DNA of 64,000 nucleotides from a virus (Duplodnaviria > Caudoviricetes), in IMG/VR virus record IMGVR_UViG_3300037067_013225, positions 138,678-202,677 of that record; one strand, given 5' to 3'. Below the pieces are notes generated by a model that had not been told where the DNA came from, made no database searches, and worked only from the letters and a program-made list of their open reading frames with translations. Positions 29,514-39,688 of the stretch are shown here, one piece after another (the stretch's first letter is position 1; each line of letters starts with the position of its first letter). A program made the position numbers and the translations under genes.

Positions 29514-31098
29514 TGTACATCATTGCACCCAGCCCTATACCGGGCGAGGATTGAAACTGATGCGTGACAAATCTAGATTGTCCATATATTTGGAACAAAA
29601 TCGTTTAGCTTCACCATGTCCGAGTTATCGCGAATATGCCAAATACCTGAATGAATTGTTTGATCATACATATATCAAATATATTGAGGATGCGGCCAGA
29701 TGCCCCAGTCGTGAGAAATGGCTTGAATATGCGGAATTAACCGGCTTGAGTAAAGATGATGCTCTGGATATGTTACAGGAGCATAAATTCTACGTCAAGC
29801 AGCGTCAAACACTGCAACGGCTCTATAAAAATAAAAAGGATACCATTTGATCAATATACGTGAGAAATCAAGATATCTAAGAATAGAACCCGGTCACACT
29901 ATACACTTTACGAACAAGGATATACGCAAGATTAAAGATACCACATTTATAAAAAAGATTATAGAATCTTTTAGAGCCAAGTTCCGTAAAGTCTACGTTA
30001 GTATTTATGTTCCTCGCACGATAAATCTAAAGAACTATAACATATCTGGAGATCATCTTATCGTCTTAGATGACGCAATACCATATTATATTAAATCTAT
30101 AGATATGCCGTTATTTTATATTAGCGGTGCGGAACCTATATCCGGGCATGCGCCCGTATATAAATTATACGATATTACATCAATTTTAGCTATGTATAAG
30201 GAAAAGTAATGAAACCTCTACCCCTACCCGACGTGGATACTGATTTGTTTGAATGTGAACACAAACCATATCTAGACGAGAATCCCGCTATTGCAGAACA
30301 ACAACGCAAATTATTATTGGCTAATATGGATCTGGGATTGTGGCATCAGCGATTACTGTTAGCTCAGGCATATGATAATGCGGGAAATTTCTTGTTTGAT
30401 TGGCGTGACTGGCAAAGGAATGTTAGACATGCCTTGGAGCTTTGCAACTTCGAAGGCACGATGTCTGAGTGGATTGAATATGCCAGAACATTAGACTACA
30501 AACTTCCCCTAGATGCGGATCGCCATCTTTCACACAAGCAATTGTCCAGGGAGAACCCCAATGAGTCTAGAAATATTCCATTCGCCATCCAATAAAAAAC
30601 TCTATCATATACGTGATCCGAAATATATATGTTCTCATCGACTATATCCGGATTGGGCAGATCGGCAGAAACGGGGAGAGTTACAATATTATTATGATCC
30701 ACTAAATGAAACTATTTCATCCATGTGTAATAATTATACGTGGATAAAAGAACTTCACGAAGCGGGGAGTAATATAAAGGCAAAGCCTACATGCCAGGAA
30801 ATAGATTTCTCATTAGAGTTGTGTCCGGCATGCATCATGAGGGCTTTTCAGGCGGGATATTTGGTGATAAAAGAAAATGAAGTTATCTGAGTGGAATCAT
30901 AAAGCACGAGCGTTAGACTTGCTTAATGGCTACCACCTTTATCCCTCCAATTATGTGGTCCTGGTGGAAAGGCTGATTAGCGAAAGCAAAACATTGGAGT
31001 ATGATACTTTGGATGGATTATATGGCATTCCAGGTGTTCCGTCTTCAGATTGTTTGGGTTCTGTATTAAAAAATGAGATTTCTTGGGAAGATCTATGA
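29513..31098 (+). other. Run of hypothetical genes (to 29850, 29847-30209, 30209-30595, 30561-30890, 30877-31098)
   Basis: Contiguous ORFs; 30561-30890 has internal CQEIDF. Confidence 0.55.
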
Positions 31099-31733
31099 TA
31101 CAAACACTATATAATAAGCATCCGCACAGTACAATAGCTATCGTTGGTTCTGGTCCGTCCGCATTGAAATATTCTCACGCAGAGGATATCGGAATTGCAT
31201 TGAATGGTGCCTTAAATTTAGACGCCGATTTCGATTATTTTCAGGGATTTGATATCGGTATTTGTGCGAGGGATTATTTTTATAAAAACACCAAGCCTAC
31301 CAGAATTATCGGTGTAGGATTAGCGCCTATGGATAAGATATTGTATCCTGATGCGACTACACGTTCTGTTGTACGAGGGCATACGATACGAGAAACGTCT
31401 CTTGGATTGCCAACCCCACCTCATTTGTACTTTCGGTACGAAAAAAAAACCACGCCAAATTTCAACAGACACTTGCAAATTCTCTCCGCTGCTGGTAACA
31501 TAGTAGTGTGTTCCATCGAGACCGCACTGATTATGGGAGCGGATGAAATTCACCTATATGGGATTGATTTATCTAGAAGAATGTATTTTTATGAAAACGT
31601 ACCACATGGTTCGTACATTGCAAGAGTGTCAGATTACGTTAATGATCAATTATCCATGTGTGAAGATAACGGTGTTGTAATTAAAGTATGCAGGAGTAAG
31701 GATAGCGCAATAAAGATAGGAGCGGATATTTGA
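31095..31733 (+). CDS. Maf/DUF115/sialyltransferase-like protein
   Basis: IAIVGSGPSA..IALNG and ALIMGADEIHLYGIDL motifs. Confidence 0.6.
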   Translation: MIQTLYNKHPHSTIAIVGSGPSALKYSHAEDIGIALNGALNLDADFDYFQGFDIGICARDYFYKNTKPTRIIGVGLAPMDKILYPDATTRSVVRGHTIRETSLGLPTPPHLYFRYEKKTTPNFNRHLQILSAAGNIVVCSIETALIMGADEIHLYGIDLSRRMYFYENVPHGSYIARVSDYVNDQLSMCEDNGVVIKVCRSKDSAIKIGADI

Positions 31734-32947
31734 TTTACAAGACGGGTAACTTGGGAGAAATAGCCAAGCAACATTGGGAAGATATAGAGAATCCCAAACC
31801 ACGAGTATTTACAGGATTCCAGGGCTTAGATAAAATTATTGGTGGTGGACGCGGTGGCATACGATATTCTGATTTTGCGGTTGTTGCAGGTGGAACCGGA
31901 CAATTCAAATCAACACTGTGTTCGAATATTTTGGTAAATGCGGTGGGAAGTGGAAACAAAGCGGCCCTATACACTTATGAAATGTCCAACTTACAGTATT
32001 TTAGACGCATGTTGTGTTCTGAAGCGCAAATGCCATTAAAGAAGATTGAGAATAAGAATTTAACGCCTGTTGAAGAAACCGATCTGAAACAAATCATAGA
32101 GGCGATGGCCGCAAAGACCATATTTCTAGTAGACTCTGGTATTGATACGGTTGAAAAATTACTTGTAGATATGGCAGATAAACGCAAAAATGGTATTGAT
32201 TTGTTTATTGTGGATTACGTCCAATTATTAAGATCGTCCAAGGGATTCAACAGAGTCGAACAAATGGAAAATATTAGCAGATCATTAAAAATGGCCGCAT
32301 TGCAAATGGATGCTGTCGTTATCGGGATCAGTCAATTTTCACGGCAACACAAACGTGACGGCAAAGAGCCTGAGCTTCATGACCTACGTGGTGGTTCTAT
32401 AGAATATGATGTTTCGGAAGGAATATTCGTTACCGTTAAGTCTTATCATCGTATGTTTAAGAACCGTGAACGAGTATATTTACCTCCATATAGGGAAGCA
32501 TCGCTATTTTTGAGCAAGAATCGCGATGGTGAATCGGAAATTACCGTGCCAGTTGTTATTTTGCCATCATATTTTAAATTCGCCAATATAGATATGTCTG
32601 ATGGTATGACATTGGATCAATGCGATGAAATAACTTGCACCAATACCAGATGCGGTGGTGACGATTTCATTGCGCAAAGTGGCGAGATATTCTGTAATGA
32701 ATGTGGCACTATTTATGATGAGGATTGTTCCTGCAATGATGGAATCGTATTGTATCATAAATTCGATACCATAGACTATACTTATATTGGATTATGTGGT
32801 AGATGCGCTCGTGGCCGCGCTATTCTAAATAGTATTAAAAACACCAATGCGCTAATAGAGAAAGAGGAGGATAGAATATCTGCATTGCCGTTGGTATATC
32901 CTCCATTAATCTCCTCAGATACCGAATCATGTGCGAGGGAATTTTGA
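31730..32947 (+). CDS. dnaB: DnaB-like replicative helicase lacking the N-terminal domain, with Cys-rich C-terminal extension
   Basis: AGGTGQFKST, YEMS, FIVDYVQL, ISQFSR, LHDLRGGSIEYD, KNRDGE. Confidence 0.85.
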   Translation: MIYKTGNLGEIAKQHWEDIENPKPRVFTGFQGLDKIIGGGRGGIRYSDFAVVAGGTGQFKSTLCSNILVNAVGSGNKAALYTYEMSNLQYFRRMLCSEAQMPLKKIENKNLTPVEETDLKQIIEAMAAKTIFLVDSGIDTVEKLLVDMADKRKNGIDLFIVDYVQLLRSSKGFNRVEQMENISRSLKMAALQMDAVVIGISQFSRQHKRDGKEPELHDLRGGSIEYDVSEGIFVTVKSYHRMFKNRERVYLPPYREASLFLSKNRDGESEITVPVVILPSYFKFANIDMSDGMTLDQCDEITCTNTRCGGDDFIAQSGEIFCNECGTIYDEDCSCNDGIVLYHKFDTIDYTYIGLCGRCARGRAILNSIKNTNALIEKEEDRISALPLVYPPLISSDTESCAREF

Positions 32948-33068
32948 TGAGCAAATATGAATGGCAAGAATTAATATTATTTCTCGCTTTAGCGCTAATA
33001 CTTGCACCTGTATTAATATTTTTCTGGTCTATCTGGACTGCATTTTTTGTATTGTAATAGAGGCGAAT

Positions 33069-33536
33069 ATGTCGGAATGCCAAGATTGTAACGAAGCAAA
33101 AAAGGAATGTCTGAACAAGGCATACAAAGAACCGTGCGAGGAACATCCTCCCTTTTGCCCAGAGATGAAGTGTGTCAAGCTATATAATTCTCAATTCTGG
33201 TATACAACGGATGATAATTGTTTGGTATTAAATACGATACCATCATTAAAGGGCGCTCATTGGATGCCAACATACCTCATTTCTTGGCTGGCAAACAATG
33301 CGGAACGGATTGTTCAAGAAATTCCTCAAGAGAAACACGCTAATCCTGATATGTCACTCGATCAGATGATTGAACATTTGCAGGTACTTCCATCATTCGG
33401 TGATGGCAAAATTATCCGAAACGTAGATGAAATCGTACAAACCATGTTTTCATGTGGATTGGATTTACTAGCGCAAACAGATATCAAGATATCCAAGAGA
33501 ATCAAAAAGCTTCGCAAGAAAGGATTGCTGCCATAA
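33069..33536 (+). CDS. Cys-rich hypothetical protein
   Basis: ATG after GAGG; TAATG-coupled to the next gene. Confidence 0.55.
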   Translation: MSECQDCNEAKKECLNKAYKEPCEEHPPFCPEMKCVKLYNSQFWYTTDDNCLVLNTIPSLKGAHWMPTYLISWLANNAERIVQEIPQEKHANPDMSLDQMIEHLQVLPSFGDGKIIRNVDEIVQTMFSCGLDLLAQTDIKISKRIKKLRKKGLLP

Positions 33537-34075
33537 TGTATCGTGGTTTTAATTACGACCGGTATATAGATCATTATAGAGCCTTGCGGAATTATCCGCC
33601 GAAACTGTTGAATTATGATATTGAGCCGTATCATTCCATATATTGCGCTATTGAGGATTCTTTAGCGGATGAACGTGGAATATTGATTGCGTCAGAAAAC
33701 GCATTAAATACCGGTGCGTTATTAATGCCCATATCATTAAAAACCGAGGCATATTATATATCTGTGGCGAATCTCGTATATAGGGAGGCAGATGGGATTA
33801 AAAACATCTGCGAAATTCCCTCACTCATATTGGACGAATTGGGATCGGAAGATCCATCCACCAAATGGATGGTCGAACGTATTATTAATTATCGTTATTC
33901 GGAGGGATTAAAGACATTTTTCGGATTAACGATGCCCGATTGGGATTCTCTAGGCCATAATTATGGAAACTTGCGGCACAAAATACTAGCAATGACATGC
34001 TACAGGCTGGCTCTACCATATAAACTAATTATCACACAAACAGGAATGTATTCTTCCAGGGAGGAGAAATCATGA
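33536..34075 (+). CDS. DnaC/IstB-like helicase loader with degenerate Walker A
   Basis: LILDELGSE and IINYRY..LKTFF; no GxxxxGKT. Confidence 0.55.
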   Translation: MYRGFNYDRYIDHYRALRNYPPKLLNYDIEPYHSIYCAIEDSLADERGILIASENALNTGALLMPISLKTEAYYISVANLVYREADGIKNICEIPSLILDELGSEDPSTKWMVERIINYRYSEGLKTFFGLTMPDWDSLGHNYGNLRHKILAMTCYRLALPYKLIITQTGMYSSREEKS

Positions 34076-34443
34076 AACAAACACTCGATCAATTACAGGC
34101 ATTCGCATCATTTGGTGCCGACAGGGTACGACCTATGAGCAAATTTTATAGGTATGCTCAGGTACAGGGTTTGAAGCTTACATTGTCGGTGAAAAGTTTG
34201 CCGATTTCATTCACCATGAAACAAACGACCGACGAACAAGGGCATCCCAAAGCTGATATCGGTGCCAAAACGCCGTTTGATTATAACATCTTTATCGGTG
34301 TGGTGGAACAAGTATGGGATGACGGATGGTTGGTTTTCGTGGGAGAGTCCAAAACAGAACCTTCACAGATCTTTTTGCTCAATAGTGCAGATGTAATTGC
34401 GGTAAGTTTTACGCCGGATGATTCGGAGATTGTAATTGGATAA
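34072..34443 (+). CDS. Hypothetical protein
   Basis: GGAGGAG SD. Confidence 0.65.
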   Translation: MKQTLDQLQAFASFGADRVRPMSKFYRYAQVQGLKLTLSVKSLPISFTMKQTTDEQGHPKADIGAKTPFDYNIFIGVVEQVWDDGWLVFVGESKTEPSQIFLLNSADVIAVSFTPDDSEIVIG

Positions 34444-35491
34444 ATTTCAAATATTGGCGCTAGGCGATGTACAAGTTTGTCCGCAAAGTTATGCTATTGT
34501 GGATAGATTTTTCGACAAGCTACTAGAGCTATACAATCCGAACGTATTGGTTTTGCCGGGTGATTTGTTCGAATATAATTCATATACGAATAACTACATC
34601 CCAGCATCCACCGTTATTCAACCATATGCGGATTTCTTTAAAGAGCTAACGAATCGCGGAACGCAAATTATAATCGTAGCTGGGAATCATGATAAAACAT
34701 ATGGCGATTTTTCTAACGCTACAGATATTTTTCGCGGACCGAATATACACAACACCAGTGACGATATCTGTGCGGTAGATATCGGACCGGTGCGATTTAT
34801 TTGCGTACCGTGGTTAATGATGCACCAATATGAGAGTAAAGAACAAGTGCTCGGCTCTATTAAAAATCTAAAATCGGATTTAATTCCTATCTTGGTGGGG
34901 CATTTGCGTGTTATTGACGCTAAAGATGGTGGATATAAGGTTAAGAAATCAGAATATTCATTTATGTTTTCTGTGGATGATTTAGCCGATTTAGGGATCG
35001 AATATGGTATTTTGGGAGATATCCACAAATATCAGAACGTTATTAATAAGATGGATTATATCGGATCTATTAGGCAGAGACATTTCGGAGAGTCGGGTAA
35101 TCCGACAAAAGTAAGATTAATCACTATTAATAATGGGTTGGTTGTAGATCAATATGATGATCTATCCTATTTGATGCCGCAATATATCATCAAACAATGT
35201 GCTACACCGGATGAATTGGAGGATTTCGTCCAGTCCGATTTGGATAGTGCCAACCAATATCGTGCTGAATTTAATTTTGAAACGAAATTAAGACCGCCAA
35301 AAGCAAATATAAAGTTCAGATGTCTCAAAGATACATCAACGAACAAACACCGCAAATTAAATATACAATCATTGGGAACCAAATTAACACCGGAAATTAT
35401 GATCGGTTTATACAACAGATATACCAAGGAATTAACAACGGACGAAGAAGCCTCCGCCATAACATTCTTTGGAGAACACAAGTATGATTAA
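34436..35491 (+). CDS. sbcD: SbcD/Mre11-like metallophosphoesterase nuclease
   Basis: GDVQ, PGDLFE, AGNHD, ILVGH, LGDIHKYQ, YIGS..FGE. Confidence 0.85.
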   Translation: MDKFQILALGDVQVCPQSYAIVDRFFDKLLELYNPNVLVLPGDLFEYNSYTNNYIPASTVIQPYADFFKELTNRGTQIIIVAGNHDKTYGDFSNATDIFRGPNIHNTSDDICAVDIGPVRFICVPWLMMHQYESKEQVLGSIKNLKSDLIPILVGHLRVIDAKDGGYKVKKSEYSFMFSVDDLADLGIEYGILGDIHKYQNVINKMDYIGSIRQRHFGESGNPTKVRLITINNGLVVDQYDDLSYLMPQYIIKQCATPDELEDFVQSDLDSANQYRAEFNFETKLRPPKANIKFRCLKDTSTNKHRKLNIQSLGTKLTPEIMIGLYNRYTKELTTDEEASAITFFGEHKYD

Positions 35492-37187
35492 AACCATAGA
35501 GATCGAAAATTTTTGTACTATTGATAGAGCAAGCATTGATTTATCTGGTGCAAGGCTCATTATGTTGGTTGGTGGGAGCGGTTCTGGCAAGAGTTCACTA
35601 TTAGGGTCTATATTCGCAGTTTTATACGGTAGTTATCCAGACAAACCCGATATCAGCCTTTATGGTGACGTATTAGATCCATCCAAACGTGCGCGCATGA
35701 TGATAGAAATGGAGCTAAATAATCAAACGATCAAAGTAGAACGAATTGTTGATTGTACAGAACAGAGATCTATCGCGTATATTTCGGATGCTACAACTGG
35801 GAAAGTTTTGGTTGGCCCAAAACTGAAAGATGTCCAAATGTGGGTTGCCAACCATATTATGGATCGTAATGCGTTCTTGGCGCTGTATTACCTCAGCCAA
35901 CGCTCTAAAAATGATATGTGTGAAATCACACCATCAGACGGCAACAAAGTTTTGGTTCAATTATTAGGTATTGAGAACATGTATGCGTATTCTAGGCAGT
36001 TCGCCGCGTTAGCAAAAGATATAGCCGGACAGATACACGCTTTCAATAGGGAGCTAGCTGTCATCGAAACGTCAAAATTCCTCCTAGACGAGAAAAACCA
36101 TAGAAAGAGCGCAATAGAGGACGAAATTAAGCAATTATCGGGTGAAATTACCGAGATAGAGGAATTTCTATCGGTAACATCCAATAATAATCAAACTATT
36201 GTTGATTTGGAAAAACAGGTTTTGGTTGCGGAAAACAATATCAAGGGATTAATAAATACCATTTCCGGTATTGATGTACAATTGCTCAATATAGCGCAAC
36301 ATCTCAAAATAACAGAAAGCGTCCCATGTGGTACCACATATCCTAAGTGTTCCTTTTTAAATATCGAACCTAAATTAGAACACAAGAAAGATCTGGAGCA
36401 ACAAAAGATCGAATTAGCTACCGAATTATCCGAAGCCATAGATTGTAAAAATTCTCTAGACACCGAATTAAACAGTGCTAAAAATAATGGTAACGCCACA
36501 TTACAAGGTAAACGGATATTGAGTGTTCGTGAGCGACAAGATTACTCTCAGGTTCTCAATACCAAATATAAGGATCTGGGCGTCATTGAGGGCGAAATAG
36601 AGCGATTGGAAGCAATTCTTCTTAAGGAACCTGCACTGATTGCAGAAATTAAGACATTTGAGATCAATCAACGATATGCCGATTTCATCTCTAGAGCTTT
36701 TTCTCGTGAGGGTGCGCCCGCGTTACTTATTGATGAGGCTCTACCAGATATCAATAAAATAGCCAACGATATCTGTACCACATATTATGTTCCATTTAGA
36801 TTCAAGATAGATTCTACAAAAGAAATGAAAAATGGCACAAAAATCGAATCGCTCAATATATTACTAGAGGATGAATCCGGTAAAACTAGACATGTTACAT
36901 CATATAGTGGTGGTGAACGCCAGTTGGCGCAATTGGTTCTGCGATTTGCATTGCAGGAATTTCTATATCAGCGATTCGGGAAGCAGGTGTTGAATATTTT
37001 TGCCGGAGACGAATTATGGTCTGCGATGGATTCTAATTGTCTAGATATCTGTTTCAATATTCTGAGCAACAAAAGCGAATTTGATCAGATTATAGCAGTT
37101 TCGCATTCATATAATTTAGTTTCTAAATTCGATTGCGTTATAGAATCGAGCAAGCAAAATAATCTAACCAAGTTCGAGGTTATATAG
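35484..37187 (+). CDS. sbcC: SbcC/Rad50-like SMC ATPase
   Basis: IEIENF, GGSGSGKSS, coiled coil with central Cys pair, YSGGE, GDE, VSH. Confidence 0.9.
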   Translation: MIKTIEIENFCTIDRASIDLSGARLIMLVGGSGSGKSSLLGSIFAVLYGSYPDKPDISLYGDVLDPSKRARMMIEMELNNQTIKVERIVDCTEQRSIAYISDATTGKVLVGPKLKDVQMWVANHIMDRNAFLALYYLSQRSKNDMCEITPSDGNKVLVQLLGIENMYAYSRQFAALAKDIAGQIHAFNRELAVIETSKFLLDEKNHRKSAIEDEIKQLSGEITEIEEFLSVTSNNNQTIVDLEKQVLVAENNIKGLINTISGIDVQLLNIAQHLKITESVPCGTTYPKCSFLNIEPKLEHKKDLEQQKIELATELSEAIDCKNSLDTELNSAKNNGNATLQGKRILSVRERQDYSQVLNTKYKDLGVIEGEIERLEAILLKEPALIAEIKTFEINQRYADFISRAFSREGAPALLIDEALPDINKIANDICTTYYVPFRFKIDSTKEMKNGTKIESLNILLEDESGKTRHVTSYSGGERQLAQLVLRFALQEFLYQRFGKQVLNIFAGDELWSAMDSNCLDICFNILSNKSEFDQIIAVSHSYNLVSKFDCVIESSKQNNLTKFEVI

Positions 37188-37636
37188 TGTTTTATAACAG
37201 TATTAATTTCGTTAGCGGTGATATATTGGATTTTTCCGCACATCGTGACACATCTTGTACAGTGATACCTGTTAATTGTGAAGGTGTGATGGGGAAAGGT
37301 TTGGCTTTGCAATTCAAAAATAAGTATCCCGATTTGTTTGCTGAATATAAAAATCATTGCGATAGTGGTGATTTACGAATCGGTACCGTTACGACATCCG
37401 TGGTTAATGGTGCATGGTATTATTATTTCCCCACCAAAAACATCTACAAAGAATCGTCCAATATAGATTACATTGCTCAGGGGCTAGCGGCCATGGCTCT
37501 AAAAAGCTATATACTAGGGCCAATAGCATTTCCAAAATTGGGATGCGGATTGGGAGGATTACAATGGGAGCATGTATTACCCGTGATGCTATTTTATCTG
37601 GATAAAATGCACGCGACATCATATATCTATCTCTAG
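37187..37636 (+). CDS. Macrodomain ADP-ribose hydrolase (DarG/Poa1p-like)
   Basis: PVNCEGVMGKGLALQFK, FPTK, AFPKLGCGLGGLQW. Confidence 0.85.
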   Translation: MFYNSINFVSGDILDFSAHRDTSCTVIPVNCEGVMGKGLALQFKNKYPDLFAEYKNHCDSGDLRIGTVTTSVVNGAWYYYFPTKNIYKESSNIDYIAQGLAAMALKSYILGPIAFPKLGCGLGGLQWEHVLPVMLFYLDKMHATSYIYL

Positions 37637-37643
37637 GAGAGAA

Positions 37644-38516
37644 ATGCTCAAACAATTTATTGAAGGTAGGCCGTTGTCGGCCACCAATATGAAAACATTC
37701 GCGTCATGTCCCCGCCGTTTTTATTATAAAATGACTGGCGTACCAGAAGAATATATCGGGAACCAATTATTGCTGGGTGGTGCATTACATTCGGCGGCAG
37801 AGACGTTTTTTAGAAACAAGAATTATCCCGTACAGGTTGTTGTGGGCAATTTTATTCTGGATTATGAATCGCGATATGACGCATATAAACAAGCAGGTCA
37901 AAAGGTATTTTATCGCAGCGGATCGCCCCGTAAAGACAAAGCGGAAGGTGCAGGTATGTTGGAGGGATTTTGCGAGGAATATAGATCCCTGCCATGTGTA
38001 GAGCCGGAATGCGAGATGATTGCGGACGTAACAATTGATGGTTATACGGTGAGACTTTATGCCGGTATAGATGTGGTTGTAGAAGATGCAGATTATTTTG
38101 GTATATACGATATCAAGAGTGGGAAATCTGCGCCAACCGATATCTACTTAAAGCATGACATGCAATTGGGTCAATACGCATATGTATTTCGACATGGAAG
38201 TTTTTGCACCTTAGACAAACAGACCAAGCAACTGACAAGTAGAAAGGCTCTATTTGATCCACTATCCAAGCCTCTCAAATATAAAGGTATTTACAACATA
38301 CGCGGATATCTAAAACAGCCGTTTACATCACATCAGGTGGAATTTCGAACCGAAGAATTTGATGAGGATAATTTTTTATTAACGTTACACGCCCTAATAA
38401 AAGAAATGGAGCTATATTCCCAGATCAATTATTGGCCTAAACGCGGTATTGGATCTGTTCACGATTGTTCTTGCGCATATTGTTCCTATAAAGAGAAGTG
38501 CCAAGGGGAAGTGTAA
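37644..38516 (+). CDS. PD-(D/E)XK exonuclease (RecB/Cas4-like)
   Basis: LSAT..CPRRF, G.ALH, GIDVV, IYDIKSG, QLGQYA, terminal C..C.Y...C. Confidence 0.8.
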   Translation: MLKQFIEGRPLSATNMKTFASCPRRFYYKMTGVPEEYIGNQLLLGGALHSAAETFFRNKNYPVQVVVGNFILDYESRYDAYKQAGQKVFYRSGSPRKDKAEGAGMLEGFCEEYRSLPCVEPECEMIADVTIDGYTVRLYAGIDVVVEDADYFGIYDIKSGKSAPTDIYLKHDMQLGQYAYVFRHGSFCTLDKQTKQLTSRKALFDPLSKPLKYKGIYNIRGYLKQPFTSHQVEFRTEEFDEDNFLLTLHALIKEMELYSQINYWPKRGIGSVHDCSCAYCSYKEKCQGEV

Positions 38517-38839
38517 TGTGTTATGCTCACCATCATATTGATGGGTATTATGATTTCCCGCTGCACCGGATATGGATTACTATCTATTTGTGGGGATCTA
38601 AATCTGGGCTATCTTTTGATTGTATCGAATGTCATGAGTTAAATTCTAATCGGTATAAAATGACCACAGACGAAATAGATTCGTTTGATGTAGATCGTTT
38701 CCATATCTTTTTTCAAAGCAATTTAAATATAGCGGGACTTATTTCCTCGACTATGTTGAAAGAGTATTTTTATGAACAATGGAAACGTGACAACGAGCCT
38801 CTAATGGATTGTAGTCGGTGGATGGAGATCGATTTTTGA
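38498..38839 (+). CDS. Hypothetical protein, IDF-tagged (WMEIDF*)
   Basis: ORF track; likely ATG 38516. Confidence 0.7.
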   Translation: MPRGSVMCYAHHHIDGYYDFPLHRIWITIYLWGSKSGLSFDCIECHELNSNRYKMTTDEIDSFDVDRFHIFFQSNLNIAGLISSTMLKEYFYEQWKRDNEPLMDCSRWMEIDF

Positions 38840-39159
38840 TAAATGATGATGTATTAAATCGCGATAATTTTGCGTGCTGTTATTGCGGGAGATCTTCGCG
38901 TGAAGTTCACCACATCGTGTATAAATCGCATTGCAGCAAAACAGATCCGCTAAGGGAGGCGCTAAGAAATAAAATAACAGTATGTAGTAAACATCATAAT
39001 CAGTTACATCGGGGAATGCTAATTGTAGTATATTTTAGAGCCGAAGCGGCACGCCCACGCATCATTTTGCGCCAGCAGCTACCACGTTATATAGACAGGC
39101 TAGATTCCTACGTGCAAAACGGGAAAACCACTTGCATAACGGACGAACCTGTGGTATAA
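38818..39159 (+). CDS. HNH endonuclease
   Basis: RDNFACCYCG..EVHHI...N.ITVCSKHHNQLH. Confidence 0.8.
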   Translation: MDGDRFLINDDVLNRDNFACCYCGRSSREVHHIVYKSHCSKTDPLREALRNKITVCSKHHNQLHRGMLIVVYFRAEAARPRIILRQQLPRYIDRLDSYVQNGKTTCITDEPVV

Positions 39160-39160
39160 T
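39132..39160 (+). promoter_or_regulatory. sigma70-type promoter
   Basis: TTGCAT-17-(TGG)TATAAT. Confidence 0.65.
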
Positions 39161-39199
39161 GAGGACGTATTCAAATATAGTCCAACTTAGGAGTTAGAA

Positions 39200-39670
39200 A
39201 TGTCCGATAACAGCTATAGTCGCTTTCGCCATGTGAACCCTCACGAACTCAAGCGAGTAACCAAGAGAGCCTTTGCTCAATACTGTTCCAATAATGGATG
39301 GTCGTTTGATCGGGTCGGGCTACATGAAGCGCGAGTGAATTCCAATAAACTGTCTGAATTTGAGCGTCACACACCGTCATTTATCGTTGATAGAGATTTC
39401 GACGATCCAGAAACGGATTTGATTTGGGTGGAAGTTAAAGCCTGCAATGCATCGGGACAGATTCGCATTCCCGTATCTGAATGGGAATCTCATTCTCAAT
39501 TAGATCGCATGCGGGAAGTCCATTATGCGCTATTAAAGCCGCAAACCAAAAATCTCGGTGATCTCGTAGACAACCTGGATTATGCCATCAAGACAGTCGC
39601 TCTAAAAGATCTGCGCGATAAAATGACTGCGGATGAAAACTCATATACGTTTGGATATGATGACGTTTAG
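39200..39670 (+). CDS. Putative PD-(D/E)XK-fold protein
   Basis: PSFIV..WVEVK motif; AGGAG SD. Confidence 0.45.
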   Translation: MSDNSYSRFRHVNPHELKRVTKRAFAQYCSNNGWSFDRVGLHEARVNSNKLSEFERHTPSFIVDRDFDDPETDLIWVEVKACNASGQIRIPVSEWESHSQLDRMREVHYALLKPQTKNLGDLVDNLDYAIKTVALKDLRDKMTADENSYTFGYDDV

Positions 39671-39688
39671 ATATCGTTAATTAATCCG

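Noticed and set aside
37644-38516. Cas4-like nuclease as sign of a CRISPR-Cas locus
   Set aside because: No repeat-spacer array or other cas genes seen; solo PD-(D/E)XK exonucleases are common in phage recombination modules.
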